Below, one piece after another: positions 55,241 through 64,000 of a stretch of 64,000 bases of DNA; position 1 is the stretch's first letter; the number at the start of each line of letters is the position of its first letter. The notes below the pieces were generated by a model, which was not told the origin of the DNA, did not search any database, and saw nothing but the letters and a program-made list of their open reading frames with translations. Where the stretch lies: positions 416,001 through 480,000 of the forward strand of contig CBDCZH010000015.1 in the NCBI GenBank assembly GCA_965224485.1, written 5' to 3'. The DNA comes from Arcobacteraceae bacterium (lineage in GTDB: Bacteria; Campylobacterota; Campylobacteria; Campylobacterales; Arcobacteraceae). Position numbers and translations under genes: made by a program.

Positions 55241-55591
55241 TTATTTAGGAATATTGTTAACAACTGCAATTGCAAATCCTCCATCATGAGTAATTGAAAC
55301 ATAAGATTTTTTTATATTATATTTAGCTCTTATATGTTTTTTATATTTTATTTTTGGAGCATTATTTTTATCTTTTTTTATTTTAATATCATGAAAAGAG
55401 CAGTTACGTCCAATTCCAGTTCCTAAAGCTTTTGAAGCTGCTTCTTTAGCTGCCCAAAATCCAGCAGCTGTTTCAATTTTTTTAATTAGTTTAATTTCTT
55501 TTTTGCTTAAAAACTTTTCATATGCTTTATTAGCAAATCTTTCATACATTCTCTCAATACGTTTTATACTAACTATATCAATTCCAATCAT
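55241..55591 (-). CDS. acpS: Holo-ACP synthase
   Basis: IGIDIV, FWAAKEAASKALGTG, SITHD. Confidence 0.95.
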   Translation of the reverse strand: MIGIDIVSIKRIERMYERFANKAYEKFLSKKEIKLIKKIETAAGFWAAKEAASKALGTGIGRNCSFHDIKIKKDKNNAPKIKYKKHIRAKYNIKKSYVSITHDGGFAIAVVNNIPK

Positions 55592-55644
55592 TTTTCACCT
55601 ATATTTTTGTCTTTATTTATATTTTCATCTGCTATAATACACTT

Positions 55645-56604
55645 ATGAAAATTATTCTTAATAAATTATTATATCTTATTATTATGCTTTTTATAATAAG
55701 TATAATTTCATTCATAGCAATCAATCTAGCTCCTAATTCATTTTTTGCCTCAGGAGCTTTAAATCCTAATATAACTCCTGAAGCCGTTCAAAGACTAAAA
55801 GCTGTTTATGGTTTAGACAAAAGTCTAAGTGAGCAATATTTTTCTTGGGTTTATGCAATCATGCAGTTTAATTTTGGAATATCCTTTAGCTCAGGAGAAC
55901 TAGTAAAAGATGAAATTCTTTCAAGAATTCCTATTACTTTGAGTATTAATATTATTTCAATGTTCTTTATTTTTTGTATTTCTTTATTTATTGGTATAAA
56001 AGCTGCATTAAATAAAGGAAGCTTATTTGATAGATTTACTCAACACTTATCACTTCTTAGTTTTTCAATGCCATCTTTTTATCTTGCTTTGCTTTGTATT
56101 TTAGTATTCTCTGTTACTTTTGAGATTTTACCAATAGCTGGAATGCATTCTATAAAAAATGATGGTAGTTTTGCATATTATTTAGATTTTGCCTGGCATT
56201 TAATTTTACCAATTTTTATAATTATTTTTGGAGGTATTGGATCTTTAAGTATTTATATAAGATCCCTTACTATTGAAATTCTAAAATCTGATTATATCTT
56301 TTTTGCAAAAACAAGAGCTTTGGATAAAAAAACTATCTTAAGACATTATATTTTACCTAATTTATATCCTCCTGTAATTACACTTCTTGGACTTTCTTTA
56401 CCTGGTATTATAGGTGGTTCTGTTATTTTAGAAACGATTTTTTCTATTGATGGAATGGGTTTATTGTTTTTTAACTCTGCATTAGGACATGATTATCCAG
56501 TTATAATGGGAATTTTAATAATTGGGGCATTTTTAACACTACTTGGAAATATTTTGGCAGATTTAATTTTGTTGAAATTAAATCCTAACTATAATAACAA
56601 ATAA
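55645..56604 (+). CDS. Peptide/nickel ABC transporter permease (DppB/OppB family)
   Basis: YGLDK, FGISF, SMPSFY, HLILP, GGSVILETIFSIDGMG, DYPV. Confidence 0.9.
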   Translation: MKIILNKLLYLIIMLFIISIISFIAINLAPNSFFASGALNPNITPEAVQRLKAVYGLDKSLSEQYFSWVYAIMQFNFGISFSSGELVKDEILSRIPITLSINIISMFFIFCISLFIGIKAALNKGSLFDRFTQHLSLLSFSMPSFYLALLCILVFSVTFEILPIAGMHSIKNDGSFAYYLDFAWHLILPIFIIIFGGIGSLSIYIRSLTIEILKSDYIFFAKTRALDKKTILRHYILPNLYPPVITLLGLSLPGIIGGSVILETIFSIDGMGLLFFNSALGHDYPVIMGILIIGAFLTLLGNILADLILLKLNPNYNNK

Positions 56605-56644
56605 ACTTTTACTAATCATAAATATAGTAAACAAAAGGAAATAA

Positions 56645-57469
56645 TTGAAAATAATAAAAACCATTAAAGAATTACAAAACATAAGAAAAGATATAACAAA
56701 AACTCTTGGTTTTGTTCCTACAATGGGAGCCTTACATGATGGACATATCTCACTTATAAAAAAAGCAAGAAAAGAGAATGAAGTTATTATAGTTTCTATT
56801 TTTATAAATCCAAAACAATTTTTAGCTAATGAAGATTTATCTAAGTACCCTAAAAAACACGAAGCAGATATAAAGATATGTGAACTTTGCAAGGTTGATT
56901 ATCTTTTTATGCCAGAAATTTCTTCTATGTATGAAAACAGTGATGAAGTTTTAATAAAAGCTCCTAATATAAGTGCTTATGTATTAGAAGGTTTTGTAAG
57001 ACCAGGACATTTTGATGGAGTATTACAAATAGTTTTAAAACTTTTTAATTTAATAAAACCTACTTGCGCATATTTTGGTAAAAAAGATGCCCAGCAGTTA
57101 AGTTTAGTTAAACAAATGACTAAAGATTTATTTTTAGATATACAGATATCTGAGTGTGACATAATAAGAGAAAGTGATGGATTAGCACTTAGTTCTAGAA
57201 ATATATATTTAAGTACAAAACAAAGAGAAGAAGCTTTATTTATTTCAAAATCTTTGCACACAGCAACAACACTTATATTAAAAGGTGAGCTTAACTCAAG
57301 AATAATAAAAGAAGAAATGAGTAGAACTATGTCTTCTTTACATATAGAATATATTGCTATAGTAAATAAAGATTTTGAAGAACTACAAAAAGTAGAAATT
57401 TCAAATACTATTATATTAGTTGCTTGTAAACTTGGAGACACAAGACTTATTGATAACCTCTATATTTAA
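56645..57469 (+). CDS. panC: Pantoate--beta-alanine ligase
   Basis: GFVPTMGALHDGH, RPGHFDGV, FGKKDAQQ, GLALSSRN, RLIDN; TTG start. Confidence 0.96.
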   Translation: MKIIKTIKELQNIRKDITKTLGFVPTMGALHDGHISLIKKARKENEVIIVSIFINPKQFLANEDLSKYPKKHEADIKICELCKVDYLFMPEISSMYENSDEVLIKAPNISAYVLEGFVRPGHFDGVLQIVLKLFNLIKPTCAYFGKKDAQQLSLVKQMTKDLFLDIQISECDIIRESDGLALSSRNIYLSTKQREEALFISKSLHTATTLILKGELNSRIIKEEMSRTMSSLHIEYIAIVNKDFEELQKVEISNTIILVACKLGDTRLIDNLYI

Positions 57470-57547
57470 GTAATATTTATGAATTTTTGCATTAAGTTTT
57501 GCATTATGCTAAAATTGCAGAAATTGTATATAAATAATAGGAAATAA

Positions 57548-58882
57548 ATGAAATTTACAACACAAAACCCTAAAAAATCTTTACACTTAGTATCTCTAGG
57601 CTGTACAAAGAATCTAGTAGATTCTGAGATTATGTTAGGTAAGTTAAAAGAGTACAAAATAATTGATGATGCAAGTAGCGCTGATGTTATTATTGTAAAT
57701 ACCTGTGGTTTTATTGATGCTGCTAAAGAAGAGAGTATAAATACAATACTCTCACTACATGAGCAAAGAAAAGAAGAATCAGTTTTAGTAATGGCTGGAT
57801 GTTTATCTGAGAGATATAAAGAGCAGCTTCAAGAAGAGATGCCAGAAATAGATATTTTTACAGGTGTTGGTGATTATGACAAAATTGATATTTTAGTTAA
57901 TGAAAAAAGATCTGCTTTTTCAAGTGAGGTTTTCTTACTTAGTGAAAATAACGATAGAGTAATAACAGGCTCATCGTATCATGCGTATATAAAACTAAGT
58001 GAGGGCTGCAATCAAGTATGTTCATTTTGTGCAATTCCTGCTTTTAAAGGAAAACTTCACTCAAGAACACTAGCATCACTTGTAAAAGAAGTTACAAATC
58101 TAGTTAAAAATGGATACTTCGATTTTTCTTTTGTGTCTCAAGATAGTTCTTCCTTTTTAAGAGATTTAGGAAACAATAAGGGTCTTGAAGATCTAATACA
58201 AGAAGTTGAAAAAATACCTGGGGTTAAAACTGCTAGGATTTTATACCTTTATCCTTCAACAACAACCTTAGCTTTAATTAAAAAGATTCAAGATTCTAAG
58301 GTTTTTCTTAACTATTTTGATATGCCTTTGCAACATATTTCTTCTAAACTTTTAAAAGAAATGAAAAGAGGAAAAGGAGTTGAGAAACTAAAAGAGCTAA
58401 TGTCATGTATGAGAGAAGTTCCTCATTCTTTTGTACGTACAACGTTCATAGTAGGTCATCCAGGCGAAACAAAAGAAGATTTCGATGAATTATGCCAATA
58501 TGTAAAAGATTACTGTTTTGATAGGGCTAATGTATTTTCTTACTCAGATGAAGAAGGTACATCAGCATATGAAAGCAAAAATAAAATTGCTCAAGAAATC
58601 ATAGATGAAAGAGCAGATATTTTAGGTAGAATTATTCAAGAAAATACACTTTTATCTTTAAGAAAAGAAGTGGGTAAAGAGTTTGATGTTTATGTAGATG
58701 GAGAATCGCAAGAACATGAATATCTTTTAAGTGCAAGAAAAACTCTTTGGGCTCCTGAAATTGATGGAGAAATTTATATTAATGATAATGAAAGTAAAAA
58801 TAAACTTCTTTTTGGAAAAAAGTATAGAGTTAGAATTACAGAACTATCAGGAGATAAACTTTTGGCAACTGCCTTAAAATAA
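57548..58882 (+). CDS. rimO: Ribosomal protein S12 methylthiotransferase
   Basis: SLGCTKNLVDSE, NTCGFI, EGCNQVCSFCAIP, LYLYP, APEIDG. Confidence 0.96.
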   Translation: MKFTTQNPKKSLHLVSLGCTKNLVDSEIMLGKLKEYKIIDDASSADVIIVNTCGFIDAAKEESINTILSLHEQRKEESVLVMAGCLSERYKEQLQEEMPEIDIFTGVGDYDKIDILVNEKRSAFSSEVFLLSENNDRVITGSSYHAYIKLSEGCNQVCSFCAIPAFKGKLHSRTLASLVKEVTNLVKNGYFDFSFVSQDSSSFLRDLGNNKGLEDLIQEVEKIPGVKTARILYLYPSTTTLALIKKIQDSKVFLNYFDMPLQHISSKLLKEMKRGKGVEKLKELMSCMREVPHSFVRTTFIVGHPGETKEDFDELCQYVKDYCFDRANVFSYSDEEGTSAYESKNKIAQEIIDERADILGRIIQENTLLSLRKEVGKEFDVYVDGESQEHEYLLSARKTLWAPEIDGEIYINDNESKNKLLFGKKYRVRITELSGDKLLATALK

Positions 58883-58895
58883 AAGATCAAATAAA

Positions 58896-59882
58896 ATGAT
58901 TAAAATAGATATTAATACCAGTAAAAATCTTTTAGCTTTTTCAGCTGGTATTGATTCAAGTGCCTTATTTTTCTTACTTTTAGAAAATGGAATTCCTTTT
59001 GATATAGCAATTGTTAATTATAATCAAAGAGCACAAGCTTTACAAGAAGTTCAATATGCAAAAGATTTAGCAAAAAAATATAATAAAAAATGTTTTATAA
59101 AAGAAGTGAATTTAAATACCAAGTCAAATTTTGAGAAAAAAGCTAGAGATATTAGGTATGACTTTTTTGAAAAAATCATTAAAGAGAACTCTTATAAAAG
59201 CTTAATTACAGCTCATCAACTAAATGACTCTTTAGAGTGGTTCTTAATGCAACTATTTAAAGGAGCTGGTTTAGTTGAACTTCTTGGTTTAAAAGAACGT
59301 GAAGAAAAAGATGATTATTATTTACTTAGACCCTTATTGCAATATGACAAAGAAGAATTGCTAAACTATTTAAAAAAGAATAAACATAAGTATTTTATTG
59401 ATGAAAGTAATAGCGACTTTAAATATACAAGAAATAAAATTAGATCACAATTTTCAAATGAATTTATTTCTTTATATAAAGAAGGAATTAAAAAATCTTT
59501 TACTTATATGAAAGAAGATTTAAACTCTTTAAATATTAATATAAAAGAAGTTTATAAAGAAAAGAAACTTAAAATTTTTGAAAAACATGAAGATGATAAT
59601 ATTAATATTAGAATAATTGATAAAGTTTTAAAAACATATGGAGTTCTAATTTCAGCTAAAACTAGAGCTTTGATTTTAAAAGATCAGCACCTAGTAGTTT
59701 CTCATAAATTATGTATTAATATTAAAAATGATTATATATGGATTTGCCCTTATATAGAAGAAACTATGGATAAGAATTTTAAAGAAAAGTGTAGAATCAA
59801 TAAAATACCAAAAAATATTCGTCCTTATCTTTATAGCTTAAAAAAAGATGAGATATTTTTAAATAATTTAAAAAAGTATTAG
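58896..59882 (+). CDS. tilS: tRNA(Ile)-lysidine synthase
   Basis: AFSAGIDS PP-loop, ARDIRY, TAHQLND, RPLL, DESN, RNKIR. Confidence 0.93.
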   Translation: MIKIDINTSKNLLAFSAGIDSSALFFLLLENGIPFDIAIVNYNQRAQALQEVQYAKDLAKKYNKKCFIKEVNLNTKSNFEKKARDIRYDFFEKIIKENSYKSLITAHQLNDSLEWFLMQLFKGAGLVELLGLKEREEKDDYYLLRPLLQYDKEELLNYLKKNKHKYFIDESNSDFKYTRNKIRSQFSNEFISLYKEGIKKSFTYMKEDLNSLNINIKEVYKEKKLKIFEKHEDDNINIRIIDKVLKTYGVLISAKTRALILKDQHLVVSHKLCINIKNDYIWICPYIEETMDKNFKEKCRINKIPKNIRPYLYSLKKDEIFLNNLKKY

Positions 59883-60145
59883 TGTTTTAAATACTTTTTC
59901 ATTTTTGTAATTTCTGATAAGTCTTCTCTTGTTTTATCTTTATAATCTTTTAAAAAAAGTATATTTGAGAAAAAAAGCTCAGATAGTTTTTTTAAATCAC
60001 TTAATTCTAAATCAAAATCACTTATGTCAGAAGTAAGGTAAGTTCTAGCCCAAAACACTAAGTCATTAGCTCTTTGCTCATCATCTAATGAATTTATATA
60101 AATTAAAGAATTTAATGCTTCTAAAGACCTGTTTCTTCTTTCCAT
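59879..60145 (-). CDS. Small helical hypothetical protein after fliS (possible FliT-like)
   Basis: 88 aa, overlaps the end of fliS; positional inference only. Confidence 0.55.
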   Translation of the reverse strand: MERRNRSLEALNSLIYINSLDDEQRANDLVFWARTYLTSDISDFDLELSDLKKLSELFFSNILFLKDYKDKTREDLSEITKMKKYLKH

Positions 60146-60477
60146 GCTTCAATTAAACCTTGTGTTACTTTCATTACTTGATTAACTGAATTAATATTAT
60201 CATCAATTCCAGCCGCAAACAGTGTCTCAATTTGATAAAGATAAAGCCCATCTAAATAATGAGAAACTTCTCCACCTTCAAAATCAAGAACATTTCTAAG
60301 CTCATCAAAAATTGCAATAGATCTATTTATGTACGTAAATTTAGATTCTATATTATTTGTTTCCATAGAAACTTTTACAAAAGATAGATATTTTAATAAA
60401 CCTTCGTAAAGTTTTAAAATCAGTACATAAGGGTCATCTGATATCGCACTTTGCTGATTATAAATTTCTATACCCAT
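60121..60477 (-). CDS. fliS: Flagellin chaperone FliS
   Basis: Y..Q..DP..LILKLYEG..IFDEL...LDFEGGEV...L.GLY...AW. Confidence 0.93.
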   Translation of the reverse strand: MGIEIYNQQSAISDDPYVLILKLYEGLLKYLSFVKVSMETNNIESKFTYINRSIAIFDELRNVLDFEGGEVSHYLDGLYLYQIETLFAAGIDDNINSVNQVMKVTQGLIEAWKEETGL

Positions 60478-60552
60478 TTAGCTAAGCTCCTGCTTGTAGT
60501 TCTTTTTAGGAAATTAGTATAATATAAACAAACTTAAAAAGACTTATTAAAC

Positions 60553-61902
60553 TTATGCTGTTGATTGATCTATCATAAGTTTTAAACCAGAAAAAGAAGA
60601 TTCAAATTGATTAATTATATTTCCATATGCCGCGAATTGAGCAGATAGTGCAACATACTTACTATCTAAACTCTCAATTGCTCTCTCTTTTTGTTTTTCC
60701 AAGGCTTCTTTTTTAGAAGTAAGGCTATTATCATAATTACTTAAAAGACCTTCAAAACCATCTAAACTATCAACAAACTCTTTTAATTGTGTTCCTAAAC
60801 CTTTATTTTCTGCAACACCAATAAAAAGATCTTTTAAAGCACCGGGATCTCTTTCTAATGCTTCTTTAAAATCTTTTGAATTAAGAGTTAATTGTCCATT
60901 TTTACTTAATTCAAAACCTACCACAAAAAGATTTTCTTTTCCATCTTTACCATATGAACCAAAAAGTTTATCTTTAATTCCAGTCATCATAGAACGTAAA
61001 GTTGATTTATTATCAATCTTACTATCAGGAGAATATAATTCATTATCTACTAGATCATTTAATTCATTATATTTATCTACAAATTCTTGTAATTTAGTCT
61101 CAATATTTGTATTATCTTTTTCTACTGTGATTGTAGAAGTCCCTAGTTTAACAGCAGTAATTTTTAAACCACCATCAACTATAAAAGCATTTGAAGAAAC
61201 ACTATAATCTACTCCATCAATAACTGCTGTTAAATTTCCAGCTGTTAATGTATGATTACCTGCTGTTTCTAAACCTAAATCAACACCAGTTTGAGAAATA
61301 CTTAGAGCATTTGAAGTACCTGATTCAGCACTTTTTATAACAATTCTATATTCACTTGGATTTATTTGTTCAATAGTAGCATTAAAGTCTGGATTTTTAT
61401 TAATTTCTTTAACTAAGGCTTCATATGTTTTACCATTAGTTTTAAATTCACTTGTTTTAGCATCAGGACCAACTCCATGAGTAATAGTGATTTTATCCCC
61501 TGCATTACTTGAAACAGTAGCATTTTTATCAGTAAATTCAGTACTTTGATAAACATCTCTTTGAGCTAAAGAAGTAATATTTACATTAGTAGTTCCTAAA
61601 TTTAAAGCACCTACATCAACAGCATCAAAAATAACTGATTCTCCCGTTGTTTTAGCTGATTTCTCATCAAAGATATTAGTTCCACTTGTAACAAAAAGGT
61701 CAAAAGGTTTTATAGCTTCTAAAAGTTCTTTTGCTTTATCTGTTATTTCAGTTACTTTTTCTTTCTCTGTTTCCCAATCTTTCAACTTAGTTTCAAGTGG
61801 TTCTACAGACGATTTTCTCTCTGCTGTTTTTAATTTATCAATTAATTCATTATTTAGTGATGCCGCTTGCCCTGCACCTAATCCTAATACACCTTCAGCC
61901 AT
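60553..61902 (-). CDS. fliD: Flagellar filament cap protein
   Basis: GLG..LIDKLK.AE; ITSLAQ; FVDKYNEL; C-terminal QFAAY... Confidence 0.92.
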   Translation of the reverse strand: MAEGVLGLGAGQAASLNNELIDKLKTAERKSSVEPLETKLKDWETEKEKVTEITDKAKELLEAIKPFDLFVTSGTNIFDEKSAKTTGESVIFDAVDVGALNLGTTNVNITSLAQRDVYQSTEFTDKNATVSSNAGDKITITHGVGPDAKTSEFKTNGKTYEALVKEINKNPDFNATIEQINPSEYRIVIKSAESGTSNALSISQTGVDLGLETAGNHTLTAGNLTAVIDGVDYSVSSNAFIVDGGLKITAVKLGTSTITVEKDNTNIETKLQEFVDKYNELNDLVDNELYSPDSKIDNKSTLRSMMTGIKDKLFGSYGKDGKENLFVVGFELSKNGQLTLNSKDFKEALERDPGALKDLFIGVAENKGLGTQLKEFVDSLDGFEGLLSNYDNSLTSKKEALEKQKERAIESLDSKYVALSAQFAAYGNIINQFESSFSGLKLMIDQSTA

Positions 61903-61915
61903 AATTTACTCCTTT

Positions 61916-63772
61916 TTATCTTTTTAATCCAAGTAAAGTGTTAAGCATTTCATCAACTACAGTAATTATTTTTGCACTTGATCTATATGCTGCTTGAAAC
62001 TTCATCAAATCTAACATCTCTTCATCATTATCAACATTAACTATTCTTTCATATGTTTTCGTAATAGATTGTTTAACTGTTTTTTGTGTTTGTAATAAAA
62101 AGTCATTATTTTCTTTATCAGAAGAGATACCAATAGTTAATTCTTGATAAAACTCAGTAAAAGAACTTGCATCTTTACTACTTCCATCTTGCGGAAGACC
62201 ATCAAATCCAATATCTTTTTTCCACTGCATTGTTGAGAGATAATCTAAATCAACCTGTGATAAATCATTTACAGCTAAGGTATTAAACTTAAGTGTTTTA
62301 ACACTAGAACCAGAAAATAAGCCAATATCTCTTACATCAGCAGCTGTTGTTCCTCTATTATCAGCAGCTGTTTCACCATAAATATAATCATTTGCACCAA
62401 CTCTTACAAATTTATCAGTCATATCACTTAGAGTTTTTGCAAAGTTATCTAACTTATCTTTATATTCTTGGAACTTATTTTTTCCAGATTCTGTATTTAA
62501 GTTATCGATTTTTGCTTTTAAGGATCCACTATTTGGTAAAACTTTTTCATCAAAAATAGCAATTCCAAAAAATGAACTAGAGTCCCTGCTTTGATAATCA
62601 TCTTTAAACACAACTTTTCTATTTGTTATAGTAGTAGGGTCATTTGCAACAGTTTGCTCTGTTATTGCAATTCTTCCAACAAAATCACCAGAAGCTCCAG
62701 CTACTTTAGCCTCAAGCAATAAAAAATTATCACTTGCATCAATAGTAACTTTTTTTCCATTTGCATCTAAAGCATAATTACCATTATATGCTTTTACCAT
62801 TTGAGACATGTCTGAATCAGTATTAATTTTATGAGCTAGTGCTCTTACATAATTACTCGCATCAACCACTTGAGTTGTAACAGCTCCATCTCCATTTAAA
62901 TCAAAACTCATGCTCTCACCAAATTGCACTGATACTTCATGAGTATTATCTAATTTATAAGTGATTTTATCTTGATTGTCAAAAGTAATACCATTCAATA
63001 TATTAGAGCTACCATCATTTTTCACGTATCTATCTTGCTGTGGTGTATATTCTTCATACGTTGTAACATCTCTAATGTTTCTGCTAAATCGTAAAGCAAT
63101 TTCTCCAGCAATATCAAGTCTGTATTCTGGCCTTCTTGTAATTTCAACATCAATGAGATCAGATAACTGTAGCTCTAATAAATCTCTTTTATCTAATAAA
63201 TCATTAGTAGGAGTGCTTTGTTGACCCATTAAAGCATTAAGTTCACCAATATCTTTTAATATACTATTGATTTTTTTTACATCAGCACCAATAGTAGTTT
63301 TAACATATGTTTCTTGTGTTTCAATACCTTCATAAAGTCTTTGTAAAGAATCAACTACAATTGTAGCTTGTGTTCTTAAGTCAGTTTTATAAATTTCTGA
63401 ATGAGGATTTGATCGTAAATTTTCAACTGCTTGAAAGTATCTATCAAAATCAGAAGAGAAACCACTTTTTTCATACTCTTTAAAAATAGTTTCTACACTT
63501 CCTAACATTTCTGAAACATTTTTATAATAACTCTCTTTAGAGTTTTCTCTCACTAAGTTATTGTAGAGATATTCAGATGTAACTCTAGCTGCTCCATTAG
63601 AAGAAACACCACGTCCACTTATAAAAGAGTTTACATGTCCAAGCTCAGATAACTCAACTCTTCTTTTTTTATAACCTTCTGTATGTTGGTTTGCTATGTT
63701 ATTTGATACGTTTTCAACAGCCTGTCTTGATACATATAGCCCTGTTTGTGCTATATTTAGTGAATTTAACAT
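61916..63772 (-). CDS. flgK: Flagellar hook-associated protein 1
   Basis: LNIAQTGL..SNNIAN..GY; DLLDKRD; VDNDEEMLDLMKFQAAY. Confidence 0.94.
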   Translation of the reverse strand: MLNSLNIAQTGLYVSRQAVENVSNNIANQHTEGYKKRRVELSELGHVNSFISGRGVSSNGAARVTSEYLYNNLVRENSKESYYKNVSEMLGSVETIFKEYEKSGFSSDFDRYFQAVENLRSNPHSEIYKTDLRTQATIVVDSLQRLYEGIETQETYVKTTIGADVKKINSILKDIGELNALMGQQSTPTNDLLDKRDLLELQLSDLIDVEITRRPEYRLDIAGEIALRFSRNIRDVTTYEEYTPQQDRYVKNDGSSNILNGITFDNQDKITYKLDNTHEVSVQFGESMSFDLNGDGAVTTQVVDASNYVRALAHKINTDSDMSQMVKAYNGNYALDANGKKVTIDASDNFLLLEAKVAGASGDFVGRIAITEQTVANDPTTITNRKVVFKDDYQSRDSSSFFGIAIFDEKVLPNSGSLKAKIDNLNTESGKNKFQEYKDKLDNFAKTLSDMTDKFVRVGANDYIYGETAADNRGTTAADVRDIGLFSGSSVKTLKFNTLAVNDLSQVDLDYLSTMQWKKDIGFDGLPQDGSSKDASSFTEFYQELTIGISSDKENNDFLLQTQKTVKQSITKTYERIVNVDNDEEMLDLMKFQAAYRSSAKIITVVDEMLNTLLGLKR

Positions 63773-63831
63773 GCAATACCCCTTTACAAAATAATTTATC
63801 TAATTATTGCATTACATTTCTTAAACCTAGA

Positions 63832-63999
63832 TTAAAAAGGCCAAAGGGTCTTTAAAATCTTGGTTCCCCAAGGTTCATGAAGAGCGTCTTGTTCTTCTCC
63901 ATCTTTCATATATTTTATTTTTAGATTTGCTATTTGTGAAGATAAAATTGAATTTTCAGATGAAATATCATAAGGTCTTATTACTCCTGATATTATAAT
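63832..63999 (-). CDS. flgH: Flagellar L-ring protein, C-terminal part (5' truncated by window edge)
   Basis: Own translation: IIISGVIRPYDISSENSILSSQIANLKIKY...PWGTKILKTLWPF*. Not in ORF track. Confidence 0.9.
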   Translation of the reverse strand: MIISGVIRPYDISSENSILSSQIANLKIKYMKDGEEQDALHEPWGTKILKTLWPF

Positions 64000-64000
64000 C

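Noticed and set aside
55645..56604. Lone ABC permease as a sign of a broken operon
   Set aside because: The ORF is intact, and dispersed ABC subunits are common in this phylum.

Overview
AT-rich chromosomal window from an Arcobacteraceae (Campylobacterota) bacterium, judged from the 16S V1 signature, the futalosine-pathway mqnE, a class II DAHP synthase and Campylobacter/Helicobacter-like gene order. Most of it is housekeeping: nusA, cysS, rpsF-ssb-rpsR, holA, rnr, ilvC, murC, tgt, gatC, tal, serB, panC, rimO, tilS and the flagellar genes flgH-flgK-fliD-fliS. It also holds a complete minus-strand rRNA operon whose 16S-23S spacer has no tRNAs, an atypical stand-alone tRNA-Thr(GGT), and five c-di-GMP enzymes. 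Highlights: (1) an ArsC/YffB-family gene missed by the ORF track (50129-50476) with an in-frame UGA at the catalytic Cys position and a SECIS-like hairpin behind it, a probable selenoprotein; (2) the tail of a PQQ-quinoprotein-associated relay module (cytochrome c550, binding protein, fused SoxYZ-like carrier, SoxH-like hydrolase); (3) a 526-aa apparent PilM-PilN-PilO fusion at the locus of the Helicobacter flagellar cage genes; (4) a candidate RepG-like sRNA with a C/U-rich loop (about 9980-10102, minus); (5) a TolC/binding-protein/kinase operon facing a REC-GGDEF gene; (6) a homopolymer-frameshifted MFS transporter; (7) strand-biased heptamer repeat tracts. All family calls come from motif recognition by eye; no searches were run.
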